Positions 19,577-29,067 of a DNA stretch of 64,000 bases are shown piece by piece (position 1 is the first letter of the stretch; every line of letters begins with the position of its first letter). Position numbers and translations under genes: made by a program. The stretch covers positions 1 through 64,000 of the forward strand of contig JBNKHE010000008.1 of NCBI GenBank assembly GCA_050290185.1, read 5' to 3'. This DNA comes from Pontiella sp. (GTDB lineage: Bacteria > Verrucomicrobiota > Kiritimatiellia > Kiritimatiellales > Pontiellaceae). Under the pieces are notes generated by a model that saw only the letters and a list, made by a program, of their open reading frames with translations, searched no databases and was not told where the DNA came from.

Positions 19577-22219
19577 CTACGCATTTTCATGACGGGTTTT
19601 CCGGTGCTGCATCCAATGCAGAATCGGGAGGACAAGGATGACAAGGAGGAGCAGACTGGGTTCGGGAGTTCCCATTTCCTTTTCAGAATCGAATTCGTCG
19701 AAGGCCAGGTTGGCGTTGCTCTTCAACGATTTGTCTTCGGCGTTTTTGAGTGCCTTTGATTGGGCAGCGCTTTCAACAACGAGGAACGCGGTGGAGGGAA
19801 TCAGTACATTCAGTTCTCGTGCGGAAAGCAACAGGCTTCGGCGGAGATCTTCCTCGCGCTCGGGATGCAACTGGATCTGCCACCAATTCTGCCAAAGATC
19901 AATCACCTTGGCATAACGTGTTTCCGGGCCGATCTGCACATCGGCGGTGAAGGGCTGCAACCGGGCGCCGTCGTACCGCTCGACCAGATTCGCGGAATTG
20001 AAGATGGCGATGCCACCCCGATCGGCGGGAACGACGCGAATCTGCCCGCCACATTTGAATGGTATGGTTGCCTGTTTCTCAGGTTCCTCGGCAGACCATC
20101 CGCTGTCGGGAATGAGAGGAAGCCAATAGGCGGCCGAATCGAACCGTACGACGGGCTGTTCGGACGTGGTGGTAAACCATGGGACGTGCGTCAGCTGGGC
20201 ATCGCCGGAATCCCAGTATTCGATCAGCGTTTTTTTCACATCCCACTCGGCGCAGTAGCCCGGTGTATTGGTTGAGCCGGAGAGTTCGGTCCTATCCATG
20301 ATTCGCTGGGTGGCCGGCATTTTTTTCGTGCATTCGGACGGGATGCAGATGGCCTGGTTGTCCATTGGGGTAAGGACAGAAACCGTGGCGGGGTCGGTGC
20401 TGGGGAGTGCGACGGTTTGATCGCCAATTTTGATTTCAGGAGATGTGTGTGCGGGGTAGAGAAGCTTCAGTGCGCACTGCCTTTCTTGGTCCGCCGCGAA
20501 CGGAAAGACGGAGAGGTGCAGTGTATTGGGGCCGGTGTAGACCAGCAGGCCGGGATCGCGGCGGGCCTGATCGCGGATCATGTGGTAGACCCAGAGGGCG
20601 GCGCGGCGGTCGGAGAGCCGTGCCGGAACCATTTCACCATCGATCTGCAGATCGTAGCCGGAAACAAAAACACCGTTGGGAAGAATGATGTCGGCCGCGT
20701 ATTCGGACTGCCAGGCATCGCCGCTTTCAAGGGTCAGCAGCACCGTGGTTTCGGTTTCGGCATTTGCGGTTTCCGCAGAGCAATCGACTTCAGTCAGAAT
20801 AACTTCCCGGGAAGGCCTCCTGTCATTGCGGCCGGAGGTCCTTGTAGATTCATCGGTAAAGAAGGAGTAGAAGGCAAATCCGTCGGAAAAGTTCACTTCG
20901 CCGGGTTCGCCGCCGAGCAGCAGCTGGTCGAGCTGCTCAATCTTTCGGTCGGGCAGGACCATGCCGCCGAAGACGATGCGGTTATACGTTTCGGAGAGGA
21001 TCGGAATATACACCCCTTCCTTTGTGGCATGTAACCGTTTCAGTGCATAGGCGGCCACGCGTGGTGATGGCATCGGATCGGCGCTGTCTATGGGTGCGGC
21101 ATAAACCCGGTCGAGCATGCCCGCGAAAACCTGTCGGTGCACCATGGCCCGTCCGACATAGCCCGCCGGTACCAGCAGGAACGCAGCGATAAAAGCGGTG
21201 GCGACGCGGGTGCGGCCGAAGCGTGCGGCGTTGGCCTTGAACTGGTCGATCAGCTGGCGCGTGTGCAGGATGAACAGAACGGTCGGGGTAAGAATGAGGA
21301 AGCCGGCGCCAACGGCGATCATGGCGAGCAGGGAGAATGGAAGAAAGGGCAGGAAGAGAAAGAAGAAGTAGCAGGTGAAGGGATAGGAAAATGCCACAGT
21401 CCAGCCATAGAGCGGATGGCGGGCCACGGTCGGATGGCATGCCAGAAGAAGGATGGTCGCGTTGGCCAGCGTGAGCGCATAGAACCCCCAATGCTGCAAG
21501 TCGGCGGGGAAGGGAAAGGCGCGGTTAAGGAGCAGACCGCAGACGGGCAGTACAAGGGCGAAGAGAATGGTTGCCACCAGCCGGAAGCGCAAGTGTCCGG
21601 AGATCCAGAGCAGCAGTTGCAGAAAGGTGAAGGCTGCGATCAAGGTGGCAACGATAAAGAGGCCTACGACGAAGGTTTCGGGGAGGTCCCAGCCCGGCGT
21701 CGACATGAAGATCAGATAGAGTGTGGTTGGAATGGCGACCAATAGGCCGAAGCTGGTGGATATGTTGATCCAGGTGCGCTGGAACAGCCGGGTATTGGCG
21801 AGGCAGATCAGGCTGTAGAACAAACCCGGCATGGCGCCGGCCAGTTGCAGCATGATGAACGGGCCGGACGGAACGATCCAGCTGTCAACCCCGTTGGGAA
21901 GGAGGTTTTCGAGGACGAAGAGGTACGATACCAAGCTGGCGGTTTGAAGCAGAAAAAAGGCAAGCATGATCCAACGCGGCAAATCACCGTTCGATCGCCG
22001 GCTCCAGACCAGTAGAAGAGCCGCCGTGCCGGCCAGTGCCAGCGGTATGACGAGATAGTGCGCATAAATCAGCGTGGCATGCTCCGCGATTTCCGTACGG
22101 ATGATAAAGAGCGTGCGGGTACGGAACAGGGCCAGCAGCACCTGCGGCACCAGCATGGTGAGCAGAATCATCAGGGGCGATGCCTTGATGGCGGGATTGA
22201 TTTTTTCGAAGAGTTTCAT
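19577..22219 (-). CDS. MSEP-CTERM-like sorting-domain protein (multi-TM N-terminal half, VIT-like soluble domain, C-terminal TPEP-TM-basic tail)
   Basis: about 880 aa from the ATG overlapping the exosortase stop (ATGA); many TM helices; RRDPGLL VIT-like motif; ends GTPEPSLLLLVILVLPILHWMQHRKTRHENA. Confidence 0.8.
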   Translation of the reverse strand: MKLFEKINPAIKASPLMILLTMLVPQVLLALFRTRTLFIIRTEIAEHATLIYAHYLVIPLALAGTAALLLVWSRRSNGDLPRWIMLAFFLLQTASLVSYLFVLENLLPNGVDSWIVPSGPFIMLQLAGAMPGLFYSLICLANTRLFQRTWINISTSFGLLVAIPTTLYLIFMSTPGWDLPETFVVGLFIVATLIAAFTFLQLLLWISGHLRFRLVATILFALVLPVCGLLLNRAFPFPADLQHWGFYALTLANATILLLACHPTVARHPLYGWTVAFSYPFTCYFFFLFLPFLPFSLLAMIAVGAGFLILTPTVLFILHTRQLIDQFKANAARFGRTRVATAFIAAFLLVPAGYVGRAMVHRQVFAGMLDRVYAAPIDSADPMPSPRVAAYALKRLHATKEGVYIPILSETYNRIVFGGMVLPDRKIEQLDQLLLGGEPGEVNFSDGFAFYSFFTDESTRTSGRNDRRPSREVILTEVDCSAETANAETETTVLLTLESGDAWQSEYAADIILPNGVFVSGYDLQIDGEMVPARLSDRRAALWVYHMIRDQARRDPGLLVYTGPNTLHLSVFPFAADQERQCALKLLYPAHTSPEIKIGDQTVALPSTDPATVSVLTPMDNQAICIPSECTKKMPATQRIMDRTELSGSTNTPGYCAEWDVKKTLIEYWDSGDAQLTHVPWFTTTSEQPVVRFDSAAYWLPLIPDSGWSAEEPEKQATIPFKCGGQIRVVPADRGGIAIFNSANLVERYDGARLQPFTADVQIGPETRYAKVIDLWQNWWQIQLHPEREEDLRRSLLLSARELNVLIPSTAFLVVESAAQSKALKNAEDKSLKSNANLAFDEFDSEKEMGTPEPSLLLLVILVLPILHWMQHRKTRHENA

Positions 22220-22710
22220 GGGTTGTCCGTTTTGGGTTGGGGTTTCGGAGTGATTACGTACATCAGAATGGCGGTGACGGAGAGGAAGCAGACGGTGCCG
22301 ATGCCGATATGGACATACATCTGCAACCATCCCGGGAGGTGCCCGTTGCTGAAGCGGCGGAATTGCCAGGCCATGGCAATGCGGGCGGCGTTGGCAAAGA
22401 GGGTGATGAGATAGCTTGCCGGAAGAAGCATCAGCCATCGCCTGATTTTTCCTCTGCACCAATAGCCACCGCCCAGTCCGGCCAAAAAAGCAAAAAACCG
22501 GATGCCGCTGCAGGCCACGCTCACGATAACTTGCGGTGATGTAAAAATCCGGATGCTGCCGTCTTCCATGGCCGCCGGTGCGCCCAGAAAAAAGGCGGCC
22601 AGCCAGCCGGACGGAATCTGCAGTCCACGGGCAATTGCATCGATATTTCCAATCCAGGAGAGCAATAGCATCAGGCTTCCGGCGATGATGATGGGACGGT
22701 ATTTATTCAT
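22216..22710 (-). CDS. xrtK: exosortase K-like transpeptidase
   Basis: 164 aa, hydrophobic; Cys (ACSGIRF), Arg (NAARI) and His (YVHIGIG) of the exosortase triad; adjacent to a PEP-CTERM-type target. Confidence 0.8.
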   Translation of the reverse strand: MNKYRPIIIAGSLMLLLSWIGNIDAIARGLQIPSGWLAAFFLGAPAAMEDGSIRIFTSPQVIVSVACSGIRFFAFLAGLGGGYWCRGKIRRWLMLLPASYLITLFANAARIAMAWQFRRFSNGHLPGWLQMYVHIGIGTVCFLSVTAILMYVITPKPQPKTDNP

Positions 22711-23797
22711 GGCGTATTCCTCTTCGTAGCAGTTTCCCGATGACGGCGCATTCGAGGCCGAAGGGAAGGTAGCCGGCGTAGCCGAGGATCGGCATTTCAA
22801 AGAGCTGGAAGCGGTGGACACAGGGGATAGTGTAGATCCATTTGGCGAGACTGTATTCGTTCCACATTTCCCAGAAGAAACCGCAGATGAGTGCCGCCAG
22901 CGCGAAACGGAAGACGCGCCGCCAGTCGCCGTGTTCCAGCTCGGGAAAGAAGCCGGGACGATTGGCCAGCCGTTGCAGGGCGACGAGCAGCAACAACGGC
23001 GCGACCCAGAGCAAAGGATAGAGCTGGTTCGGGTAAAGGCCGATAAGCAGGAGCCCGGTCGAGGCTGCGACGAGGAGCAGCCTCACGCCGGTTTTGGAAT
23101 GGCCTATTCGAATCGGGATGAAGCGGTCGAGACCCGCATGGTAGCGAGGATGGCTTGCCAGCCGTTCTTCGGTGGAGAGGACAGCGGGCAGTACGGTGGA
23201 GAAGGAAAGCGTGGCAGTGATGAAATACTGAATGGGTGAAAAGTGGCCGCATTCCACATAATACCAGTTTTGCACAAAGCGGTTGAGGTATTCGAAAAAC
23301 CACCAGAATGCGGCGCTGAGAACGAACAGTCCGAGGAAGTAGCGGGTGTCGTGCGTCATCAGGCAGCGGCCGGTTCGGCGAAGGGTGAAGGCATTGATCG
23401 CGACAATATAGCAAATCCACAACGGTGTGAAGGTGTAGAGCTGGAACGGCGCGAACCATTTGAAGCGTGTCCATGCCAGCATCCAGAATACAAGTCCAAG
23501 CGCGAGTGCCAGCCAGCCCCACCAAGGGAAGGAGGGGGCGGATAGCCGTGCCGTCCGCGGCGCGCTCGGCGATCGCGTCCTACCCATTCGAAAAAGGAAC
23601 GGAAGCACCACGCCGAGAATGACGAGGGCGAGGCCAATAAAGACCGGCCACGAAAACGGGGCGTGTTCGACATACTGCGTGCGCGGGGGGAATTCGAGAT
23701 AGGCAGATACATTGTACCCCGCCATCCAGACCCCCGCCAGGGGCAGGCCGAGCAGCAGGGTGGCCAGCAATAAAGGTTCTATAATCCTTCTGATCAT
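22703..23797 (-). CDS. conserved polytopic membrane protein
   Basis: about 9-10 TM segments; WWFFEYLNRFVQNWYY and GFFWEMWN...KWIY...FEMPILGY motifs; overlaps both neighbours. Confidence 0.75.
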   Translation of the reverse strand: MIRRIIEPLLLATLLLGLPLAGVWMAGYNVSAYLEFPPRTQYVEHAPFSWPVFIGLALVILGVVLPFLFRMGRTRSPSAPRTARLSAPSFPWWGWLALALGLVFWMLAWTRFKWFAPFQLYTFTPLWICYIVAINAFTLRRTGRCLMTHDTRYFLGLFVLSAAFWWFFEYLNRFVQNWYYVECGHFSPIQYFITATLSFSTVLPAVLSTEERLASHPRYHAGLDRFIPIRIGHSKTGVRLLLVAASTGLLLIGLYPNQLYPLLWVAPLLLLVALQRLANRPGFFPELEHGDWRRVFRFALAALICGFFWEMWNEYSLAKWIYTIPCVHRFQLFEMPILGYAGYLPFGLECAVIGKLLRRGIRHE

Positions 23798-24522
23798 CGC
23801 TCATCCTCCTGGTTCCTGTCTGGTGATGTCGAATGCAGGAGTTGTGTTGCGGTGCGGTAGACCGTTTCATAAAAGTTTCCGTCGAAGGGATTGGGGCGCA
23901 GAAACTGGATTTCCAGATTGGGTGCTCCAATGAACGGGCGCAGGTTCCACGACAGCTGGGCACCGACGAAAAGGTTGCCTATCAGCCAGGCTGCCAGAAT
24001 GCGGTGGGCGAGTGCACGGTTGGCGGTTCTGATCGTCAGGAAATGGTAGAGGCGTACGTTGGCGACTATTCCGGCCATGGCGATGATGGCGACATTCAGC
24101 AGCATGAACAGGCGGTGCCCCAAGGGATTGCCGCTCGAGAACGGCGGTGTGTTAAACAGGATGAACAAGGCAATGGGGGCCATGGCGGCCAGGATAAGCG
24201 CGGCTATGGTGTAGGACATCAGCTGGGTGAGCAGGGTTTGTCGGAATCCGATACCCGCACCCATCACCAGAGCCAGCATGCCGTTTAATCCGGTATTGCA
24301 TAACGTGGTCAGGAAGATGAGCAACGGGAATTTGATGCCCACATAGACCGCCATGAGGGGCCCTCGCCACAGACCGATGGCGGCTCCGTAGATGCCGGTG
24401 CCGAGTGTAATGGTGAGCGCGCAGTGCAGGAGCCACCGCCATTCCGTGGTTTCGAGCCAGTCGGCGATGGCATCCGGCTCGCCGCGGCAAAGCGCGGATA
24501 GTCTGGCGGTGCGGATGGTCAT
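23794..24522 (-). CDS. membrane protein (Yip1-like), paralog of the upstream gene
   Basis: 5-6 TM segments, ends QLSWNLRPFIG...GNFY; ATGA overlaps at both ends. Confidence 0.75.
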   Translation of the reverse strand: MTIRTARLSALCRGEPDAIADWLETTEWRWLLHCALTITLGTGIYGAAIGLWRGPLMAVYVGIKFPLLIFLTTLCNTGLNGMLALVMGAGIGFRQTLLTQLMSYTIAALILAAMAPIALFILFNTPPFSSGNPLGHRLFMLLNVAIIAMAGIVANVRLYHFLTIRTANRALAHRILAAWLIGNLFVGAQLSWNLRPFIGAPNLEIQFLRPNPFDGNFYETVYRTATQLLHSTSPDRNQEDER

Positions 24523-25256
24523 TGACCGGCCCAATGCTCGATAAAAAACATTTTCTCGTTAAACTGGAGCGGCTCGAAGCTGCCGATCAACGGCCGCAGG
24601 GTCGTGCTCATCTGCAGCAGGACCAGCGCGAAAATAATGATCCACAAGCGCAGTGCACCCATGCTCCTCTTGTTCAAAAATTGAAATGCGCGATGCATCA
24701 ACCGGAAGCCGAAGAAGAGGCCAATACCCCAGATGAGCAGATACAACACGCCCATGAAGGTGTATGACTCGGTCGCCTGAGAAAAGATCCATGCTACGGG
24801 AATAAAGCCGATAAAGAGAATGCCGGCAAGTGCCAGCCCCAGCAGCAGCATGCGGCAAGTTTGTCCAAAGTTTTGGGTTCCTCCGCATAGACACAGGAGA
24901 ATGTAAAGACTGGGCAGGCAGATCAATCCGGCTGCCAGCGTGCCCAGAACCACCTTAAGGGGAACGGCCCACAGCTGGGCCCCGCCCGAATAGCTTCCCA
25001 TCATCAGGCCGGTTGCGGAAAGGCTGGCCACCAGTAGCACCAGAAGTAAAAGGGGGACTTTCGCATCTCCTTGTTGCATGAGCTCGTAGATCGCCTGCGC
25101 GGGCCGTTTCAGTGTGGTATCGACTACCTGAAAGAAGCTCTTCGATTCCATCCGTTTGAATTGGGACTCGAATTGATCCGGTGTAAATTTTGATTGGGCG
25201 CGATTGGGGGGAGAGCTTTGCGATGCAAAGTCTCTGGGGGAGTCGGACTCATTCAT
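24519..25256 (-). CDS. membrane protein (Yip1-like)
   Basis: start MNESDS with AAGGA RBS; ICLPSLY and QMSTTLRPLIG motifs; 5 TM segments. Confidence 0.75.
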   Translation of the reverse strand: MNESDSPRDFASQSSPPNRAQSKFTPDQFESQFKRMESKSFFQVVDTTLKRPAQAIYELMQQGDAKVPLLLLVLLVASLSATGLMMGSYSGGAQLWAVPLKVVLGTLAAGLICLPSLYILLCLCGGTQNFGQTCRMLLLGLALAGILFIGFIPVAWIFSQATESYTFMGVLYLLIWGIGLFFGFRLMHRAFQFLNKRSMGALRLWIIIFALVLLQMSTTLRPLIGSFEPLQFNEKMFFIEHWAGQ

Positions 25257-25273
25257 GGTTGTATCCTTTCGGG

Positions 25274-25648
25274 CTAGGGGGTAATGCGTTTTCCAGAGCG
25301 GGATGTCCCGGTGGCCGTCCTGGATTTGGGCAGGGTGGCGCGGGTCTGTTTCATAATGTCGGCGAGGGCTTCGAGATAGTCGTTGAAACGGTCGAGCCCC
25401 TTGGCGGAAATGAAAACGGTGGTGCGCGGCTTGTCGTCGACAAACTTTTTCTCGATGCGAACCACCTTGCTCTCCTTGAGCACTTTCAGGTGGCGGTTCA
25501 GGTTGCCATCGGTGAGACTGCAATCGGTCTTCAGTTCGCTGAACGTTAATCCGCCGTTCGCTGCGCACAGCGCGGACATGATGGCGAGTCGGTTGGGCTC
25601 GTGAAATATTTTTTCCAATGCCTGGAATGGGTTGGGATCCTTACTCAT
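25274..25648 (-). CDS. winged-helix transcriptional regulator (ArsR/MarR-like, HTH_34 type)
   Basis: IFHEPNRLAIMSAL, TFSELK, LTDGNLNRHLKVL, KKFVDDKPRT. Confidence 0.9.
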   Translation of the reverse strand: MSKDPNPFQALEKIFHEPNRLAIMSALCAANGGLTFSELKTDCSLTDGNLNRHLKVLKESKVVRIEKKFVDDKPRTTVFISAKGLDRFNDYLEALADIMKQTRATLPKSRTATGTSRSGKRITP

Positions 25649-26252
25649 GGTCAGCGTCCTCAATGGCCTTGATTTTATGGCGGTAGAAAATGGCTCCGCC
25701 GATCCATTCGCCGATCAGGAAGACCAGGCCCGCCAGCAGCGGGTTCATAAAGGTGGTGCCCGGCCATAGCAGGAAGAACGCACCGCAGGCGAGGTAGTAG
25801 AGCCCGAGGAATCCGTTCTCCCTGGGCAGAGCCTTTCGGCAGGTCGTATGCGCCAGGCCATAGAGGCACATCCACGAACCAAAGAGCAGGTCCGGGTGTC
25901 CTCTCAACAGCAGGGCTGCGCTGAGCACGGCCCCGACCGCCAGCGGAGGAATGGCATCAAAGGCCGGGCTTATTTCGGCAATCGTTCGCTTGCGCTCCGG
26001 CAACTGGATAAACCACAGGAGCAGTGCGCCATAGTTCAGCAATAGTGACGCCGCCAGAATACAACCCCATCCAACCCACTGGGCGGTAAAGTTGTCGCGG
26101 AAAAAGGACATGAGGGCGCATCCGAGCATGGCGACCGAACCGCCCAGCATCCGGGCGGTTCCTGAATAGCCTGTGAATTTCCGTTTTTCAAGGATCAGCG
26201 TTTGTAGTCGCCGAACCTGACCCAGTGCATCGTGAATGTGGTTTGCAATCAT
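25641..26252 (-). CDS. membrane protein co-encoded with the wHTH regulator
   Basis: about 6 TM segments, FTGYSG motif, GGAG RBS; overlaps the regulator start. Confidence 0.78.
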   Translation of the reverse strand: MIANHIHDALGQVRRLQTLILEKRKFTGYSGTARMLGGSVAMLGCALMSFFRDNFTAQWVGWGCILAASLLLNYGALLLWFIQLPERKRTIAEISPAFDAIPPLAVGAVLSAALLLRGHPDLLFGSWMCLYGLAHTTCRKALPRENGFLGLYYLACGAFFLLWPGTTFMNPLLAGLVFLIGEWIGGAIFYRHKIKAIEDADHE

Positions 26253-26295
26253 CGGTTCCAATCTCCAACGGACAAAAAGATAGACTAATAAAAAG

Positions 26296-26314
26296 TACTT
26301 TGCAATGCAAAGTA
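26296..26314. promoter_or_regulatory. palindromic operator upstream of the exosortase operon
   Basis: perfect 9-1-9 inverted repeat TACTTTGCA-A-TGCAAAGTA, about 45 nt upstream of the first gene. Confidence 0.72.
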
Positions 26315-26490
26315 TGGCGATTTAGCGGGTAGCCTTCATCGGAGCTCATGAATCGTATCCTTGCGGCGGCGTTGCTGGGGATCGGTCTGTAGGCGGTTTT
26401 GCTTTCCACGGATGCATCGGCGGATATTTTTTAGGAGAAAAACGGTTGATTTTTCGGAGGGTAACGATATGTTTCCCGTCTCTTTCGAAT

Positions 26491-26568
26491 GGTGATTGTA
26501 GCTCAGTTGGTTAGAGCGCCTGAATGTGGCTCAGGAGGCCGCGGGTTCGAATCCCGTCTTTCACCCCA
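26491..26568 (+). tRNA. tRNA-His (GUG)
   Basis: cloverleaf with G-1:C73, anticodon arm CCTGA-ATGTGGC-TCAGG, TTCGAAT T-loop, encoded CCA. Confidence 0.95.
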
Positions 26569-26574
26569 GTTTTA

Positions 26575-26608
26575 AAGCTTCTTCGCAAAACGCGGAGAAG
26601 CTTTTTTC
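26575..26608 (+). terminator. terminator after the tRNA
   Basis: AAAGCTTCTTCGC-AAAAC-GCGGAGAAGCTTTTTT. Confidence 0.75.
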
Positions 26609-26865
26609 ATTCCGGGATGAGCACCCGCCGGCGGGATTGAAGGAGAGGCTCTTTGCCCCGCACCGGCCGCGTTTATTCACCGCTTTACACATCCTTCGTT
26701 CCGCAGAGGAACGTCCTCTTACCTTAGATCAGGTTTATAAACAGTCTGAGGGTTGAATATTGGTTCATGCCTCTATTTTCATCTTTTTCAAAGATCCTTT
26801 CAGCGACAGGCGTATCCACTGTGAAGAAGCAAGGGTTCCTTGCAGGACCGATGGAGGTATGCGTT

Positions 26866-27993
26866 ATGAAAAAACGATCAGGAGCGGGAAGGGCCGCCAA
26901 AGGGGCTCCGAGCGGGCTTGTAATCAGTTTGATAATTCATGGGGGGATCATCGTGCTGGCGATCGGTCTAACGGTCTTCACCATTATCAAGCCACCTCCT
27001 ACAGGTTTTATTCAGGCCCCGGTTCCCGAGCGGCCGGTTATGATCCGCAGGAAACCGCACGTCCGGATTGTCAGAAATCCCAAGCCGGAGGCCGCGGCGC
27101 GCTTGGTGGCCCATGTGCCGCAGGAACGCATGCCCCGGTTCCAGTTGCCGGATCTTCCCGGCACCGGGGATGGTAATCTGGGCGATGGCTTGCCGGATTG
27201 CACTCCGACTGTCATGCCGGATTTGCCGCAGACCGCTATTAGCGATACGCATACCCCCGACACCGGCAATAACCTGATCGTTACGTACTACAACCTGAAC
27301 CGGAGGCGTAACGGTACCGCGCGAAACATCAGCCACGAGGAGTATTTCGAAGTTCTGCGCAATTATGTCAGTTCGGGTTGGGACATCTCGAAGTTTGCTC
27401 CGTACTACCGATCCCCGAACCAGCTGCGGGCCACAACGATTATGATTCCCATTACCTCGTCAATGCTGGGGCCGGCGGCATTCGGGGAGGATGTCAACGA
27501 GGGCTACTGCTGGGTGGTTCACTACCAGGGACAGTTGGTGCATAAAGATGGGCTTACGTTCCGCTTCTGGGGGGCCGCCGATGATGTGCTGACCGTGCGC
27601 GTGGACGGTAAGGTGGTGCTTGCCGCCAACTTTTCATGGGAGGGTGTGGACGCAAATACGATTGCCGGCGAGTGGGTCAGTCATGCTCCGAACAACCGGG
27701 TCTTCCGCCTGGCCAATCAAAAAATGGCGGGCGGCGACTGGATCACCCTGGAACCGGGAGTGCCCCTGGACATGGAGGCCATTGCCGGCGAAGGGCCGGG
27801 AGGGGAATTCCATGCCCAGCTGCTGGTTGAAGTGAAAGGCGAGGACTATCCCATCAATGATCGCGGTGCGCCGATCTTTCCGATCTTCGCCATGGAGCGG
27901 CCGACGTGGGCACTGCAGGATGCAATTCTGGAGAACCTGTTCGATGGCGAGGCCAATGTGACCAATCTTACGACCATTTTTAAGGATTATTGA
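26866..27993 (+). CDS. membrane-anchored protein with Pro-rich linker and PA14/GLEYA-like domain
   Basis: GGAGG RBS; N-terminal TM; FRFWGAADDVLTVRVDGKVV resembles the PA14 DD motif. Confidence 0.65.
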   Translation: MKKRSGAGRAAKGAPSGLVISLIIHGGIIVLAIGLTVFTIIKPPPTGFIQAPVPERPVMIRRKPHVRIVRNPKPEAAARLVAHVPQERMPRFQLPDLPGTGDGNLGDGLPDCTPTVMPDLPQTAISDTHTPDTGNNLIVTYYNLNRRRNGTARNISHEEYFEVLRNYVSSGWDISKFAPYYRSPNQLRATTIMIPITSSMLGPAAFGEDVNEGYCWVVHYQGQLVHKDGLTFRFWGAADDVLTVRVDGKVVLAANFSWEGVDANTIAGEWVSHAPNNRVFRLANQKMAGGDWITLEPGVPLDMEAIAGEGPGGEFHAQLLVEVKGEDYPINDRGAPIFPIFAMERPTWALQDAILENLFDGEANVTNLTTIFKDY

Positions 27994-28037
27994 GCCGTGG
28001 GAATGAAATTACAGATGACTGATTCAGGAGGTGCAGT

Positions 28038-28778
28038 ATGAGAATATTACTCGGAGTGATGATGCTGGTCGTTCTTTGCGCTGGATCGGATGCGGAAATG
28101 CGGGAGTGGACCCTCAGATCCGGAGCAATCATACAGGGCGAGTATGAGACGGTTGCTATCGATAAGATCGTGCTTCGCGATGCAAACGGGAAACGGATAT
28201 CCCTTTCCTTCTCCGAGGTTTCCGATGCGGATGCGGCCTATGTTGAACTCGAGAATCCTCCGGAGCTGTTGATCGACCTGCTTAAATCTGCTGATCAGAT
28301 CTTTGTAAAGCCGTCACCGATATGGGTGGATAACAGCCCCGTGAACATACTGCGGTATACCTTTGGCGCGCGTGTCAGACAAAAAAACACGGCTGATTAC
28401 ACCCATGATCTGACCGTTGAAATCTATGCCGTGGCCCGGCAGGCCTATGATCCCGAAAAATACCATTTGGTTTTCAAGTGGAAGAGCGAGCCGTTCCGGC
28501 TGTCTATCGATAACAATCGCCGTTGCGAAATATATGCCACCCGGAATGTGGAGCTGGCGGAATTCCGGTTGTCCGGTGAATATCCACGTGGCCAGGAGTT
28601 TGCCGAAACCGTGCTCGTGGTGCGAGATGAGCGAGGTGAGGTCGTGGCCTGTAAGTCGACCAAGAACCGGTTTTCCGAAAACCTGGACCAACTCATAGCC
28701 CTGCCGGAAGGCGCCTGGTTTGATAAAACCTGTCGCAGGGTCCATCCCACCAGTCCCCGTCCGGTTTGGTTCGATTGA
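28038..28778 (+). CDS. secreted hypothetical protein with SHD1-like N-terminal domain
   Basis: AGGAGG RBS; signal peptide; REWT..G..I.GE....VL....G..I.......S..D..YV pattern. Confidence 0.7.
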   Translation: MRILLGVMMLVVLCAGSDAEMREWTLRSGAIIQGEYETVAIDKIVLRDANGKRISLSFSEVSDADAAYVELENPPELLIDLLKSADQIFVKPSPIWVDNSPVNILRYTFGARVRQKNTADYTHDLTVEIYAVARQAYDPEKYHLVFKWKSEPFRLSIDNNRRCEIYATRNVELAEFRLSGEYPRGQEFAETVLVVRDERGEVVACKSTKNRFSENLDQLIALPEGAWFDKTCRRVHPTSPRPVWFD

Positions 28779-29067
28779 ATCAACCTGAGGGTGGCGGCAT
28801 AGACTCCTTCTGTCGTGAATCCGGTGGAGCCGAAGCGAGAAGCCGGCTGGAACGGGCTGTTGCCGCCTGTATTGCGTTCTGTACTGCCCATTGAATTTCA
28901 TGACTTCTTGAAGGGTATTAATGCTTTTTTATCCATGAGGTTGCATGGAAGAGTTTTCCCTAGAGCAAAGAGTGTGATCTAAAAAACCTTGTAAATAAAC
29001 GACTTGCGTAAATCGTCGGGATTTGCGTTAACTATCCGTTTTGCGTTTTACAAGGAGATTTTATTGC

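Noticed and set aside
22220..22462. N-terminal extension of the 961-aa ORF
   Set aside because: Overlaps the exosortase gene in another frame; the ATGA-coupled start at 22219 is more plausible
25257..25568. N-terminal extension of the 349-aa ORF
   Set aside because: Overlaps the wHTH regulator; an RBS-supported start lies at 25256
28790..28870. Possible riboswitch or ncRNA (GGCGGCA...TGCCGCC)
   Set aside because: Only a short closing helix; no recognisable aptamer consensus
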